Assembly: GCA_964463375.1 (NCBI GenBank)
Contig: CAYXBQ010000009.1
Span: forward strand, 11,887-75,886
Direction: 5' to 3'
DNA from: an uncultured Ruminococcus sp.
GTDB lineage: Bacteria > Bacillota > Clostridia > Oscillospirales > CAG-272
Length of the DNA stretch: 64,000 nt
Shown: positions 55,886 to 64,000 of the stretch, piece after piece
Layout of the letters: each line of letters opens with the position of its first letter
Numbering within the stretch: position 1 is the first letter of the stretch
Notes under the pieces: model-generated
What the model was told of the DNA's origin: nothing
Databases searched by the model: none
The model's input: the letters and a program-made list of their open reading frames with translations, nothing else
Made by a program: the position numbers and the translations under genes

Positions 55886-57160
55886 ATGGAAAAGTTTTTG
55901 AAGGGTGCTGCGGTAGTAGGCCAGTCCGGTGGACCTACGGCAGCCATCAATGCCACCCTGGCCGGTGTGATCCGGGGTGTGTTTGCAGACAAGGGAGAGC
56001 ATATCACGAAGCTGTATGGGATGCGCAACGGCATCGAGGGCTTTTTGGCCGGCCGCACAGTGGAGCTGACCCAGTGGTTTGGTGACGACAAGGGAAATAT
56101 GGACGAGGACAAGGTGACACTGCTGTCCCATACACCGGCGGCTGCTCTGGGCTCCTGCCGGAAGAAGCTGCCCGATCCCCATACCGATGTGGCTTTCTAT
56201 GAGGATCTGGTCGCTAAGTTCAAGGCGCAAAATATCCGCTATTTCTTCTATATCGGCGGCAACGACTCCATGGATACCGTGGCGAAGCTGACCGAGTACC
56301 TGAAGACCTCTGATTATGAAATGTGCGCCGTGGGGATCCCGAAGACCATCGACAATGACCTGATGGGCACCGACCATACCCCCGGCTTTGGCTCCGCTGC
56401 CAAGTATATCGCCACCACTATGTCCGAGATCATCCGGGACTGCGCAGTGTACACCATCCCGGCTGTGACCATCGTGGAGATCATGGGGCGTGACGCAGGC
56501 TGGCTGACGGCTTCTGCTGGTCTGGGCAGACTGGTACACGGCTATGCGCCCGACCTGATCTATCTGCCGGAGGTGACCTTCGATATGGACGCTTTCTTTG
56601 CCGATGTACAGGCTGCACTGGCCAAGCATCCCAATGTGGTGGTGGCCGTGTCCGAAGGCGTGCGGTTTGCAGACGGACACTATGTAGGCGAAGGCACCCA
56701 GAGCGGCTCCACCGACGCTTTTGGTCATAAGTATCTGGCCGGCACCGGCAAGGCGCTGGAACTGGCTGTGAAGGAAAAGATCGGCTGCAAGGTTCGTTCC
56801 ATCGAGCTGAATCTGCCCCAGAGATGTGCGGCACACTGTGCATCTCACACCGACCTGACCGAGTCCTCCGGGGCTGGACAGGCAGCGGTGGAAGCAGCCT
56901 GCGGCGGTATGACCGGCCGTATGATTTCCATCTGCCGCACGGAAGCTGCGGAATACGCTGTGACCTATAAGGCAGAGGATATTGCCGGTATCGCCAATGC
57001 AGTGCGTGCTGTACCGAGAGAATTTATCAATGAAAGCGGCAGCAATGTGACCGACGAATGCCTGCGGTATATTCTGCCTCTGATCCAGGGCGAACCGGAG
57101 ATCCGCTACGAAGGCGGCTTGCCTGTACAGTTGACGATCGATCCGCTCGTGACCGAGTGA
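55886..57160 (+). CDS. Phosphofructokinase-family enzyme, probably PPi-dependent (diphosphate--fructose-6-phosphate 1-phosphotransferase)
   Basis: VGQSGGPTAAINA, IGGNDS, PKTIDNDL, and MGRDAGW. GGAGG SD lies upstream of ATG 55886. Confidence 0.85.
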   Translation: MEKFLKGAAVVGQSGGPTAAINATLAGVIRGVFADKGEHITKLYGMRNGIEGFLAGRTVELTQWFGDDKGNMDEDKVTLLSHTPAAALGSCRKKLPDPHTDVAFYEDLVAKFKAQNIRYFFYIGGNDSMDTVAKLTEYLKTSDYEMCAVGIPKTIDNDLMGTDHTPGFGSAAKYIATTMSEIIRDCAVYTIPAVTIVEIMGRDAGWLTASAGLGRLVHGYAPDLIYLPEVTFDMDAFFADVQAALAKHPNVVVAVSEGVRFADGHYVGEGTQSGSTDAFGHKYLAGTGKALELAVKEKIGCKVRSIELNLPQRCAAHCASHTDLTESSGAGQAAVEAACGGMTGRMISICRTEAAEYAVTYKAEDIAGIANAVRAVPREFINESGSNVTDECLRYILPLIQGEPEIRYEGGLPVQLTIDPLVTE

Positions 57161-57173
57161 GGGAGGCAGACGA

Positions 57174-57896
57174 ATGTTATTTTTCTATGTGAGACACGGC
57201 GATCCCACCTACTCGCCCGATGCGCTGACCCCTCTGGGTCGGAGACAGGCTGAGGCTGTGGGCAGACGGCTGGCACGGTTCGGGCTGGATCGGATCTATG
57301 CATCCACCTCCACCAGAGCCATCCAGACTGCCGAGCCCGCCAGTGAAATGCTGAAGCTGCCCATCCAGCAGTTGGATTGGTGCAACGAGGGACACGCCTG
57401 GAATGACTACGCCGTGGAATATGAGCCCGGCAAGCGTACCTGGTGCTACCAGCGTGCGGACATCCAGAAGATCTTTGCGGAGCAGAGCATCCAGGATATG
57501 GGCGCGCTGTGGTACACCGACAAGCGGCTGGAGCAGTACCATTTTGAAAAAGGGGAAGAACGGATCTGCCGGGAATCGGACGCATTCTTTGCAGAGCTGG
57601 GCTACCGTCGGATCGGCAAGAGCGGCATCTACCAGGTGGAAAAGTCCAACAACGAGCGTGTGGCACTGTTTGCGCACCAGGGCTTTGGTCTGGCGTTCCT
57701 GAGCCACCTACTGCACATCCCGTACCCGGTATTCACCACCCATTTCGACATCAGCCACTCCAACCTGACCGTCATCGATTTTGCGGAAAAGGATGGCTTT
57801 GCCGTGCCAAAGGTACTGACCTGGTCCTCCGATGGGCATCTGTACGCCGAGAATCTGCCCACCAATTACCACGGTAACCGTAAGCTGGCATTCTAA
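57174..57896 (+). CDS. Histidine phosphatase (phosphoglycerate mutase) superfamily protein
   Basis: The RHG motif (FYVRHGDP), LTPLGRRQA, and a second His in FAHQG. It starts 14 nt after the PFK gene. Confidence 0.8.
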   Translation: MLFFYVRHGDPTYSPDALTPLGRRQAEAVGRRLARFGLDRIYASTSTRAIQTAEPASEMLKLPIQQLDWCNEGHAWNDYAVEYEPGKRTWCYQRADIQKIFAEQSIQDMGALWYTDKRLEQYHFEKGEERICRESDAFFAELGYRRIGKSGIYQVEKSNNERVALFAHQGFGLAFLSHLLHIPYPVFTTHFDISHSNLTVIDFAEKDGFAVPKVLTWSSDGHLYAENLPTNYHGNRKLAF

Positions 57897-57912
57897 ATTG
57901 GGATAAAAAAAG

Positions 57913-57967
57913 AACCTGCTATTTCTCCGAAGTGGTTTACAGAACCGGAGAAAGTAGCAGGTTTTTC
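57913..57967. terminator. Bidirectional terminator between convergent genes
   Basis: AACCTGCTATTTCTCCG (57913-57929) pairs with CGGAGAAAGTAGCAGGTT (57946-57963), with one bulge. It is flanked by an A-run and a T-run. Confidence 0.65.
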
Positions 57968-57986
57968 TATGGGAAAATAGGGCAAA

Positions 57987-58907
57987 TTAATCTTCAATCC
58001 TGCCGAAGTTTTGCAGGATCCTTGCACGTTTGAGCGTGATATGTCCACGCCACTGCATGGTCACCGCATGAGCCACAGCCGAATCCTCGCCCCAGGTGAA
58101 GTTGGGTTCCCAGATACCCATGTCGTTTCGGGTGTCCAGCCAATAGCCAATGTTTTCGTCTATATGGTCTGCAAATAGTGGGTACCAGGGTGAAGTCGGA
58201 CGATCCACGAAATCCAGCGGCTGGAAGACATATTCCTGCCACTTGGCGGTATCGAAGCTGGTATTCTCCCGGATACGCCGTCGCAGAGATGCCACGACTG
58301 CTTCTGTGGCTAGCGGTGATCCGATCGCCATCAGCGATTCCACCAATGCCTTTTCGTTCAGGGTATCGTGATCTCCGCAGAAATCGTTGCCCGTCAGCAG
58401 TGCAAGACAATCCTTTGCCACCCGTTCCCCCAAGGCTTTTTGACTGTCCGTGCCATACCGCAATAGAGCCGATGCGATACAGCCACAGGGATTGGGCGTA
58501 AAGTGATCGTCCGGTGCGCTATAATTCCACCACGGGGCATGCGGATGCTCCATTACAGCAGGCGGTGTGTCCTCCCAATATTTGGCAATGGGCTGCACAG
58601 TGGCTTCCAGATAGTCTAACATCCGGCGAAACCAAGGAGTATCGGTGTCCAATGTATAGTCATATACCTGAAAGATCGCTTCTGCCGTGGCGATGGCAGA
58701 GGAATCGGGACACTGGATATCCGGCTCCAGCCCATGCCCCATCCCACCATCGGTATTCTGATACCGACATAGCTCGGTCACGATGGCATCCTTTGTCCCA
58801 CCATGGAATAGATGATCCCATTTTGCCACATCCAGCGGTCGTGCGTTTTCATGCATCCAGGCATCCATTTGCCGGAATGTATGTTGAGAAAGTGTATACA
58901 TTGGCAT
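57987..58907 (-). CDS. Hypothetical cytoplasmic protein, possibly an alpha/alpha-toroid (prenyltransferase/terpene-cyclase-like) repeat fold
   Basis: The YQNTDGGMGHGLEPD motif is reminiscent of QxxDGGxG repeats. The family assignment is uncertain. Confidence 0.55.
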   Translation of the reverse strand: MPMYTLSQHTFRQMDAWMHENARPLDVAKWDHLFHGGTKDAIVTELCRYQNTDGGMGHGLEPDIQCPDSSAIATAEAIFQVYDYTLDTDTPWFRRMLDYLEATVQPIAKYWEDTPPAVMEHPHAPWWNYSAPDDHFTPNPCGCIASALLRYGTDSQKALGERVAKDCLALLTGNDFCGDHDTLNEKALVESLMAIGSPLATEAVVASLRRRIRENTSFDTAKWQEYVFQPLDFVDRPTSPWYPLFADHIDENIGYWLDTRNDMGIWEPNFTWGEDSAVAHAVTMQWRGHITLKRARILQNFGRIED

Positions 58908-58919
58908 CCTCCGTTGTCT

Positions 58920-60260
58920 TTATAGGCGAATTTTCTGCTCCATAGGTCCACCAGTCACGTGATAATACCCGGTGTTTTCTTTGTGGAAGGGACGTTCTTC
59001 GGTGCTGTCCCCGGCTGTGACCATGTAGTCCCCATAGAATCCAGTGAAGTATGCCCGACCCGTTTCATCGGTCACAAGGTCTTCTTCTGTCTGCCATTCC
59101 TTGTTGATCAGCCGATCCAATACGTCGAACGCCGGCTTGTGGGACATATCATTCCGCAGCAGCCCGGCATGGAAGTGATTCTCCCCAGCATATGCCGTAC
59201 CGTCCACCAAATTCCACCACACGATGGACTCCACCTGTTTTTGGCTGAACCAAAGACGATACATCCGCTCCACCAGTGCCGCCTGGATCGCTTCATCCTC
59301 CGCTTCGTTGGAATAAGACGGAATGGATACCTCGGAGAGATGGATGGGCAGACCGAAGGTGCCGTACAGATCAAAAATATCCATGGCACGATAGGGATTG
59401 TAGATGGCGTATTCGTCGGTCTCACTGCCGGTGAAATCGTGGAACTGCATCCCGATCCCCTCGATAGGCGCACCTTCGCCCAGCCACCGCTTCAGCATCA
59501 GGTAGTACACGCTCTTGTCCCCACAATACCGACTGGCACCGGCGGCACCAAAGGTCTCAAAGCAGCCCTCGTTCCAAAAGAGTCGGCTGTAGGGGAAATA
59601 CTTCTTTGCCGTATCAAAGCACCATTTTTCGTGTCCCGGTTCGTCGCAGATCGGCAGGTCCCGGCAGCCAAACTCGCCGTGTGCGTTCCGGTATACGTGG
59701 TACATTTCGTTGATCACGTCCAGATCGAGGATGTCGTCCCCGTATCGTTCGGCGATGGCACGGCTCCGCTTTTCTACAGCCATTTTCAGCGACCGCCAAT
59801 CCCGTGGCATCCACGATGGATTGAACGAATTGTACATGAGGCAGTGCCCCTTGATCCCGATGTGGTTCTCCCGGCAATATTCCCGGATCAGATCCAGCGG
59901 CGGCCGACGGTACACAGGTGCGGCATCCTTAGCAAAACGGGGTGTGCCTTCCTCCGGTTCCAGCGTATCCCAGTACAGCGGCATCACACTATAGTTGCAG
60001 ATCCGGCGAAATTCGTCCCGATAGGCCTGGTTGCGTTCTGCTTCCGGAAACTGATCCAAAAGAAACAGAGAACAGCCGAACTTGAAGGCGTGCCGGTGCA
60101 GCTTCACGTGAACGGGAACGTTTGCCATGGGTTTGCCTTCGCCATCCAGCACACGCACGGCAAACAGACCCTTCCGGTGTGTCTCGATCCCACGCTCGAT
60201 CATGCGATCGGTAAACGGCGAGAGCTTACCAAACTGTTTTATCAGCAAGCTTCGATCCAT
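58920..60260 (-). CDS. GH10-like glycoside hydrolase (endo-1,4-beta-xylanase family), intracellular
   Basis: FKFG, LYWDTLEPEEG, IKGHCLMY, LDVINE (acid/base), GIGMQFH, and IHLSEVSI (nucleophile). There is no signal peptide. AAGGAGGA SD lies 6 nt upstream of ATG 60260. Confidence 0.7.
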   Translation of the reverse strand: MDRSLLIKQFGKLSPFTDRMIERGIETHRKGLFAVRVLDGEGKPMANVPVHVKLHRHAFKFGCSLFLLDQFPEAERNQAYRDEFRRICNYSVMPLYWDTLEPEEGTPRFAKDAAPVYRRPPLDLIREYCRENHIGIKGHCLMYNSFNPSWMPRDWRSLKMAVEKRSRAIAERYGDDILDLDVINEMYHVYRNAHGEFGCRDLPICDEPGHEKWCFDTAKKYFPYSRLFWNEGCFETFGAAGASRYCGDKSVYYLMLKRWLGEGAPIEGIGMQFHDFTGSETDEYAIYNPYRAMDIFDLYGTFGLPIHLSEVSIPSYSNEAEDEAIQAALVERMYRLWFSQKQVESIVWWNLVDGTAYAGENHFHAGLLRNDMSHKPAFDVLDRLINKEWQTEEDLVTDETGRAYFTGFYGDYMVTAGDSTEERPFHKENTGYYHVTGGPMEQKIRL

Positions 60261-60350
60261 AGAGTTTCCTCCTTTGTGGATAACCAAGAAACGCTGATGT
60301 TGGATATTTTTATGTCCTCATCAGCGTTCTTATGGTTTGTATATACGATT

Positions 60351-61265
60351 TTATGCCTTCTTCATGAGCTTGACCATAACAGCCTTCTGTGCATGGAGAC
60401 GGTTTTCGGCTTCTTCAAAGATCTCGTTGGCGTGGGCTTCAAATACCTCTGCGGTGATCTCTTCGCCACGGTGCGCCGGGAGACAATGCTGTACCATCAC
60501 ATCCTTGTGACAAACGTCGATCACAGCATCGTTGATCTGGTAGCCCGTGAAGACCTTGCGGCGTTCGGCAGCTTCTTCTTCCTGACCCATGGATGCCCAT
60601 ACGTCAGTGAACAGCACATCGGAACCGGCAGCGGCTTCCAGAATGTTGTCGGACATGGTAAACTTGCCGGGATACTTCTTGGTGAATTCCAGTACGGTGG
60701 GATCCGGCTGGTATGCATTCGGGCAGGCGATGGCTACGTTCATACCCACGGTCAGGCCACCCACGATCAGGGAGTTCGCCATGTTGTTGCCGTCGCCGAT
60801 GTAGGTCATCTTCAGCCCGTCAAAGCCACCCTTGAATTCCCGAATGGTCAGCAGGTCAGCTAAAATCTGGCAGGGATGGCAATAGTCGGTCAGCCCGTTG
60901 ATGATGGGGCAGGTACACCATTCTGCCAGGTCTTCCACTTCCTTCTGGGCAAAGGTACGGATCATGATGCCATCCAGATACCGGGACAGCACACGAGCGG
61001 TGTCCTGCAAGGGCTCACCACGACCGATCTGCAAATCTCTGGGGGAGAGGAACAGCGCCTGTCCACCCAGCTGGTACATACCGGTCTCGAAGGAAACACG
61101 GGTACGGGTGGAGGACTTCTGGAAGATCATACCGAGGGACTGCCCCTTCAGGTGGTGGTGTTCGATGCCGTTCTTCCGTTCGTATTTCAGCTTAGCAGCC
61201 AGATCCAGCAGTTCGTGGATCTCCTCAGCAGACAGGTCTGCCATTTTGGTCAGGTCTTTTTTCAT
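60351..61265 (-). CDS. argF: Ornithine carbamoyltransferase
   Basis: STRTRVSFE, HPCQILADL, DVWASMG, and HCLPAHRGEE. Confidence 0.9.
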   Translation of the reverse strand: MKKDLTKMADLSAEEIHELLDLAAKLKYERKNGIEHHHLKGQSLGMIFQKSSTRTRVSFETGMYQLGGQALFLSPRDLQIGRGEPLQDTARVLSRYLDGIMIRTFAQKEVEDLAEWCTCPIINGLTDYCHPCQILADLLTIREFKGGFDGLKMTYIGDGNNMANSLIVGGLTVGMNVAIACPNAYQPDPTVLEFTKKYPGKFTMSDNILEAAAGSDVLFTDVWASMGQEEEAAERRKVFTGYQINDAVIDVCHKDVMVQHCLPAHRGEEITAEVFEAHANEIFEEAENRLHAQKAVMVKLMKKA

Positions 61266-61287
61266 TGTATTATAACTCCTTATTCTC

Positions 61288-62475
61288 TTATTGCAGTGCA
61301 TTCAGCAGGATCGTCAAACCTTCGTCGATCTCCTGCATGGTGATGTTCAGCGGCGGCAGCAGACGAACCACATCCGAACCGGCGGTCAGCACCAGCAGCC
61401 CATTGTCAAATGCCTTGTGCAGCACATCCTTGGGCGAATTCTTCACCTGTACACCGATCATCATGCCCATATGCCGAACGGATACCACATTATCCAGTCC
61501 TGCAGTGGCGGCGGCACCGGCGATCTTGTCGGCAATGAGCTGTCCCTTGTGGTCTACGGCGGCTAAGAAATCCTCGGTCAGGTGGCTGGTCACATACTGG
61601 GCGGCGGCGGCACAAACCGGGTTCGCCCCAAAGGTCGTGCCATGCATACTGGAGCCCAGCGTATCCTTGCACTTTTCACCGGCGATGAAGGCACCCATAG
61701 GCAGCCCACCGGCGATCCCCTTGGCTACGGTGCAGATGTCCGGCAGGATACCGTAGTTCTGGAACGCAAATACCTTACCGGTACGCCCCATGCCCGTCTG
61801 CACTTCGTCGATGATCATGAGAATATCGTGCTCGTCGCAGTACTTCCGCAGGGAGCGAACATATTCCGTAGAAAGGATGTTGACCCCGCCTTCGCCCTGG
61901 ATCACCTCCAGCATGACCGCACACACATCCTTGGTGCAGGCGGCCTTGAATTCGTCCATATCCCCGGCGGTGCAGTACTTGAAGCCTTCGGTGAAGGGGT
62001 AGAAGTACTGATGGAACACATCCTGACCGGTGGCGGCTAAGGTGGTCACGGTGCGACCGTGGAAGGACTGGCGCAGGGTGATGATGGTGGCTCTGCCTTC
62101 GCCGTACTTGTCGTAGCTGTATTTTCTTGCCAGCTTGATAGCCCCTTCGTTGGCCTCCGCACCGGAGTTGCCGAAGAATACATTGCACAGCCCGGAGGTC
62201 TTCACCAGAAATTCAGCTACCTGGGCAGCCGGTTCGCAGTAGTAGTAGTTGCACACATGCTGGTACTTGGAAGCCTGTTCGAACACTGCATGGACCCAGC
62301 CGGCATCGGAATAGCCAAAGGAATTGACCCCGATTCCACTGGTGAAGTCGATGAACTTTTTGCCGTCCTTGTCCCACATGGTAGCCCCGGACGCATGATC
62401 CGGCACCAGCGGCAGACGACCATAGGTGTGCATGATATAGGCTTGGTCTTTCTCTATAACTTGATCTTTAGTCAT
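61288..62475 (-). CDS. argD: Acetylornithine aminotransferase
   Basis: Class III aminotransferase: GIGVNSFGY, NSGAEANEGAIK, IIDEVQTGMGRTGK, and TFGANP. It sits in the arg cluster. Confidence 0.9.
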   Translation of the reverse strand: MTKDQVIEKDQAYIMHTYGRLPLVPDHASGATMWDKDGKKFIDFTSGIGVNSFGYSDAGWVHAVFEQASKYQHVCNYYYCEPAAQVAEFLVKTSGLCNVFFGNSGAEANEGAIKLARKYSYDKYGEGRATIITLRQSFHGRTVTTLAATGQDVFHQYFYPFTEGFKYCTAGDMDEFKAACTKDVCAVMLEVIQGEGGVNILSTEYVRSLRKYCDEHDILMIIDEVQTGMGRTGKVFAFQNYGILPDICTVAKGIAGGLPMGAFIAGEKCKDTLGSSMHGTTFGANPVCAAAAQYVTSHLTEDFLAAVDHKGQLIADKIAGAAATAGLDNVVSVRHMGMMIGVQVKNSPKDVLHKAFDNGLLVLTAGSDVVRLLPPLNITMQEIDEGLTILLNALQ

Positions 62476-62547
62476 ATGTAGAATCTCCTGAATAACGATA
62501 AATACGATATGCAAACGAACGGGATCCTGACAACCTGCGCGTTTGTA

Positions 62548-63423
62548 TTACTCTCCCTTGGTAAACATGGTGCCGCAGCCTTCGTCGGACAGCATTTCGA
62601 TCAGGATGGAGTGCTTCACTCTGCCGTCGGTGATGAACGTGCGGTGGATACCACCTTCGGCCGCATGGACACAGCATTCCACCTTGGGGATCATACCGCC
62701 GGAGATCACGCCGTCTGCCTTGAGTCCGTCCACCTCATTGGTATGGATCACCGGGATCAGGGTCGTCTCGTCGTGGGGATCCCGCAGTACGCCACGGGTA
62801 TCGGTCAAAAGGATCAGGTTCCGGGCATGCAGGGCAATGGCGATCTCAGCGGCTGCGGTGTCTGCATTGATGTTGTACACCCCGGAGCCGTCTGCCACGT
62901 GGGCCACTGTGGAGATCACCGGAATGTATCCCTTGTCGATCACGTCCTGGATGATGGACGCATCTACCGAGGTGATGTCGCCCACGTAGCCATAGTCCGT
63001 ACCGGCAGCATCGGTGTGACGGGTCGCCTTGAGCAGTCCACCGTCCAGACCGCACAGCCCCACGGCACGACCGCCGGTCCGTTCAATGCGATCTACCAGC
63101 TGCTTGTTGGTCTTACCGGCCAGCACCATCAGCGCCACCTCAGCCGTTTCCGCATCCGTATACCGCAGACCGTTGATGAACTGGGACTGCTTGCCGATCT
63201 TCTTCAGCATTTCGTTGATGTCCGGACCGCCGCCGTGTACCAGCACCACATGGATGCCCGTGAGAGACAGCAGCACCAGGTCGCTGATCACCGCATCCTG
63301 GAGTTCTTCCGACAGCATGGCATTGCCGCCGTATTTGATCACCACCGTTTGACCGGTGTACTTCTGTATATAGGGCAGCGCCTCGATCAGGACACTGGCC
63401 TTGTCTTGATTGGATATAGACAT
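62548..63423 (-). CDS. argB: Acetylglutamate kinase
   Basis: VIKYGGNAM, VLVHGGGP, and NINADTAA. Confidence 0.95.
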   Translation of the reverse strand: MSISNQDKASVLIEALPYIQKYTGQTVVIKYGGNAMLSEELQDAVISDLVLLSLTGIHVVLVHGGGPDINEMLKKIGKQSQFINGLRYTDAETAEVALMVLAGKTNKQLVDRIERTGGRAVGLCGLDGGLLKATRHTDAAGTDYGYVGDITSVDASIIQDVIDKGYIPVISTVAHVADGSGVYNINADTAAAEIAIALHARNLILLTDTRGVLRDPHDETTLIPVIHTNEVDGLKADGVISGGMIPKVECCVHAAEGGIHRTFITDGRVKHSILIEMLSDEGCGTMFTKGE

Positions 63424-63501
63424 GATGTTTTACTCCATATGATTCTGTTGTGTGTAGATACAGGGTAGACGGGTGTTTTTAGCCGATGGTACCCAAATGT
63501 T

Positions 63502-64000
63502 TTAGCTTCGATAGTCCCCGTTGATGTGTACGTATTCGTAGCTCAGATCACAGCCCAGTGCCGTAGCTTCGCAGTCTCCTTCGTGCAGGACGCATTCGAT
63601 GACGATCTCTTTTTCGAGAAGGATCTTCTTTGCCACATCTTCGTCAAAGGGCAGCTGGGCACCGTTCCGGCACACGTCGATCTTCCCGGCAGGAGAGGTG
63701 AAGGAAATATCCACCTTCGTGGTATCGAATGCTACACCGGCATAGCCCAGGGCGCAGATCACACGACCCCAGTTGGCATCGGCACCGAACATAGCGGTCT
63801 TCACCAGAGAGGAGCAGATCACGCTCTTGGCAAGGATCCGTGCGTTTTCCAGCGTATCCGCACCGGTCACGTGGCAGCGCAGGAACTTGGTAGCCCCTTC
63901 GCCGTCCGCAGCAATGGCAGAGGCCATCTGGGTGCAAAGCAGATGCAGGGCACCGTAGAAGGCGTTATACGCGACATTGGCAGCGCCGATCTCTTCGTTG
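63502..64000 (-). CDS. argJ: Bifunctional glutamate N-acetyltransferase / amino-acid acetyltransferase ArgJ. C-terminal part only; the 5' end lies outside the window.
   Basis: DGEGATKF, ANWGR, and the C-terminal DLSYEYVHINGDYRS are typical of the ArgJ beta chain. The ORF is open to the window end. Confidence 0.9.
   Translation of the reverse strand, partial: NEEIGAANVAYNAFYGALHLLCTQMASAIAADGEGATKFLRCHVTGADTLENARILAKSVICSSLVKTAMFGADANWGRVICALGYAGVAFDTTKVDISFTSPAGKIDVCRNGAQLPFDEDVAKKILLEKEIVIECVLHEGDCEATALGCDLSYEYVHINGDYRS

Noticed and set aside
60275-60283. A perfect DnaA box (TGTGGATAA, which is TTATCCACA on the minus strand)
   Set aside because: It is a single isolated 9-mer inside the ribosome-binding region of the GH10-like gene. 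About one such match is expected by chance in 64 kb on both strands, and there is no cluster or AT-rich unwinding element.
58959-60863. A 634-aa plus-strand ORF spanning the GH10-like gene, an intergenic gap and argF
   Set aside because: It runs antisense through two well-supported genes and the spacer between them. It shows no family resemblance. It is a shadow ORF.

Overview
This window looks like a mostly core chromosomal segment of a GC-rich, endospore-forming Firmicute of the class Clostridia. GC content was judged by eye, not computed. Gene order follows classic Firmicute synteny. The recognisable blocks are SRP RNA-dnaX-ybaB-recR, alr, ispE, GTP-type PEPCK facing lexA, and a long same-strand run glgB-glgC-glgD-glgA-glgP-GH13-GH2-tex. 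These are followed by hrcA(CIRCE)-grpE-dnaK-dnaJ-prmA-rsmE, polA, spoIIAA-spoIIAB-sigF, a PPi-type phosphofructokinase, and argJ-argB-argD-argF.

I found one ncRNA, a Bacillus-type long SRP RNA. I recognised no tRNA or rRNA genes, CRISPR arrays, transposases, integrases or prophage genes, and no canonical defence or toxin-antitoxin module.

I cannot point to a clear-cut novel system. The best candidates for a second look are:
- A divergent hydrolase module at 49.0-53.8 kb: a cytoplasmic Cys-type sulfatase translationally coupled to a tandem-ACT/metallo-beta-lactamase (MBL) fusion with a variant metal motif, facing an MBL/jelly-roll protein.
- Four phased 20-nt tandem repeats in the lexA leader, downstream of a canonical SOS box.
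- A probable lexA-VOC-ABM SOS operon.
- A strand-specific 19-bp G.U-rich hairpin at the 5' end of the SRP RNA transcript.
- A LysM-GH18 spore-hydrolase homologue that seems to lack the catalytic DxDxE motif.
- Orphan ABC solute-binding proteins.

All functional calls come from by-eye motif and family recognition. No database search was run.
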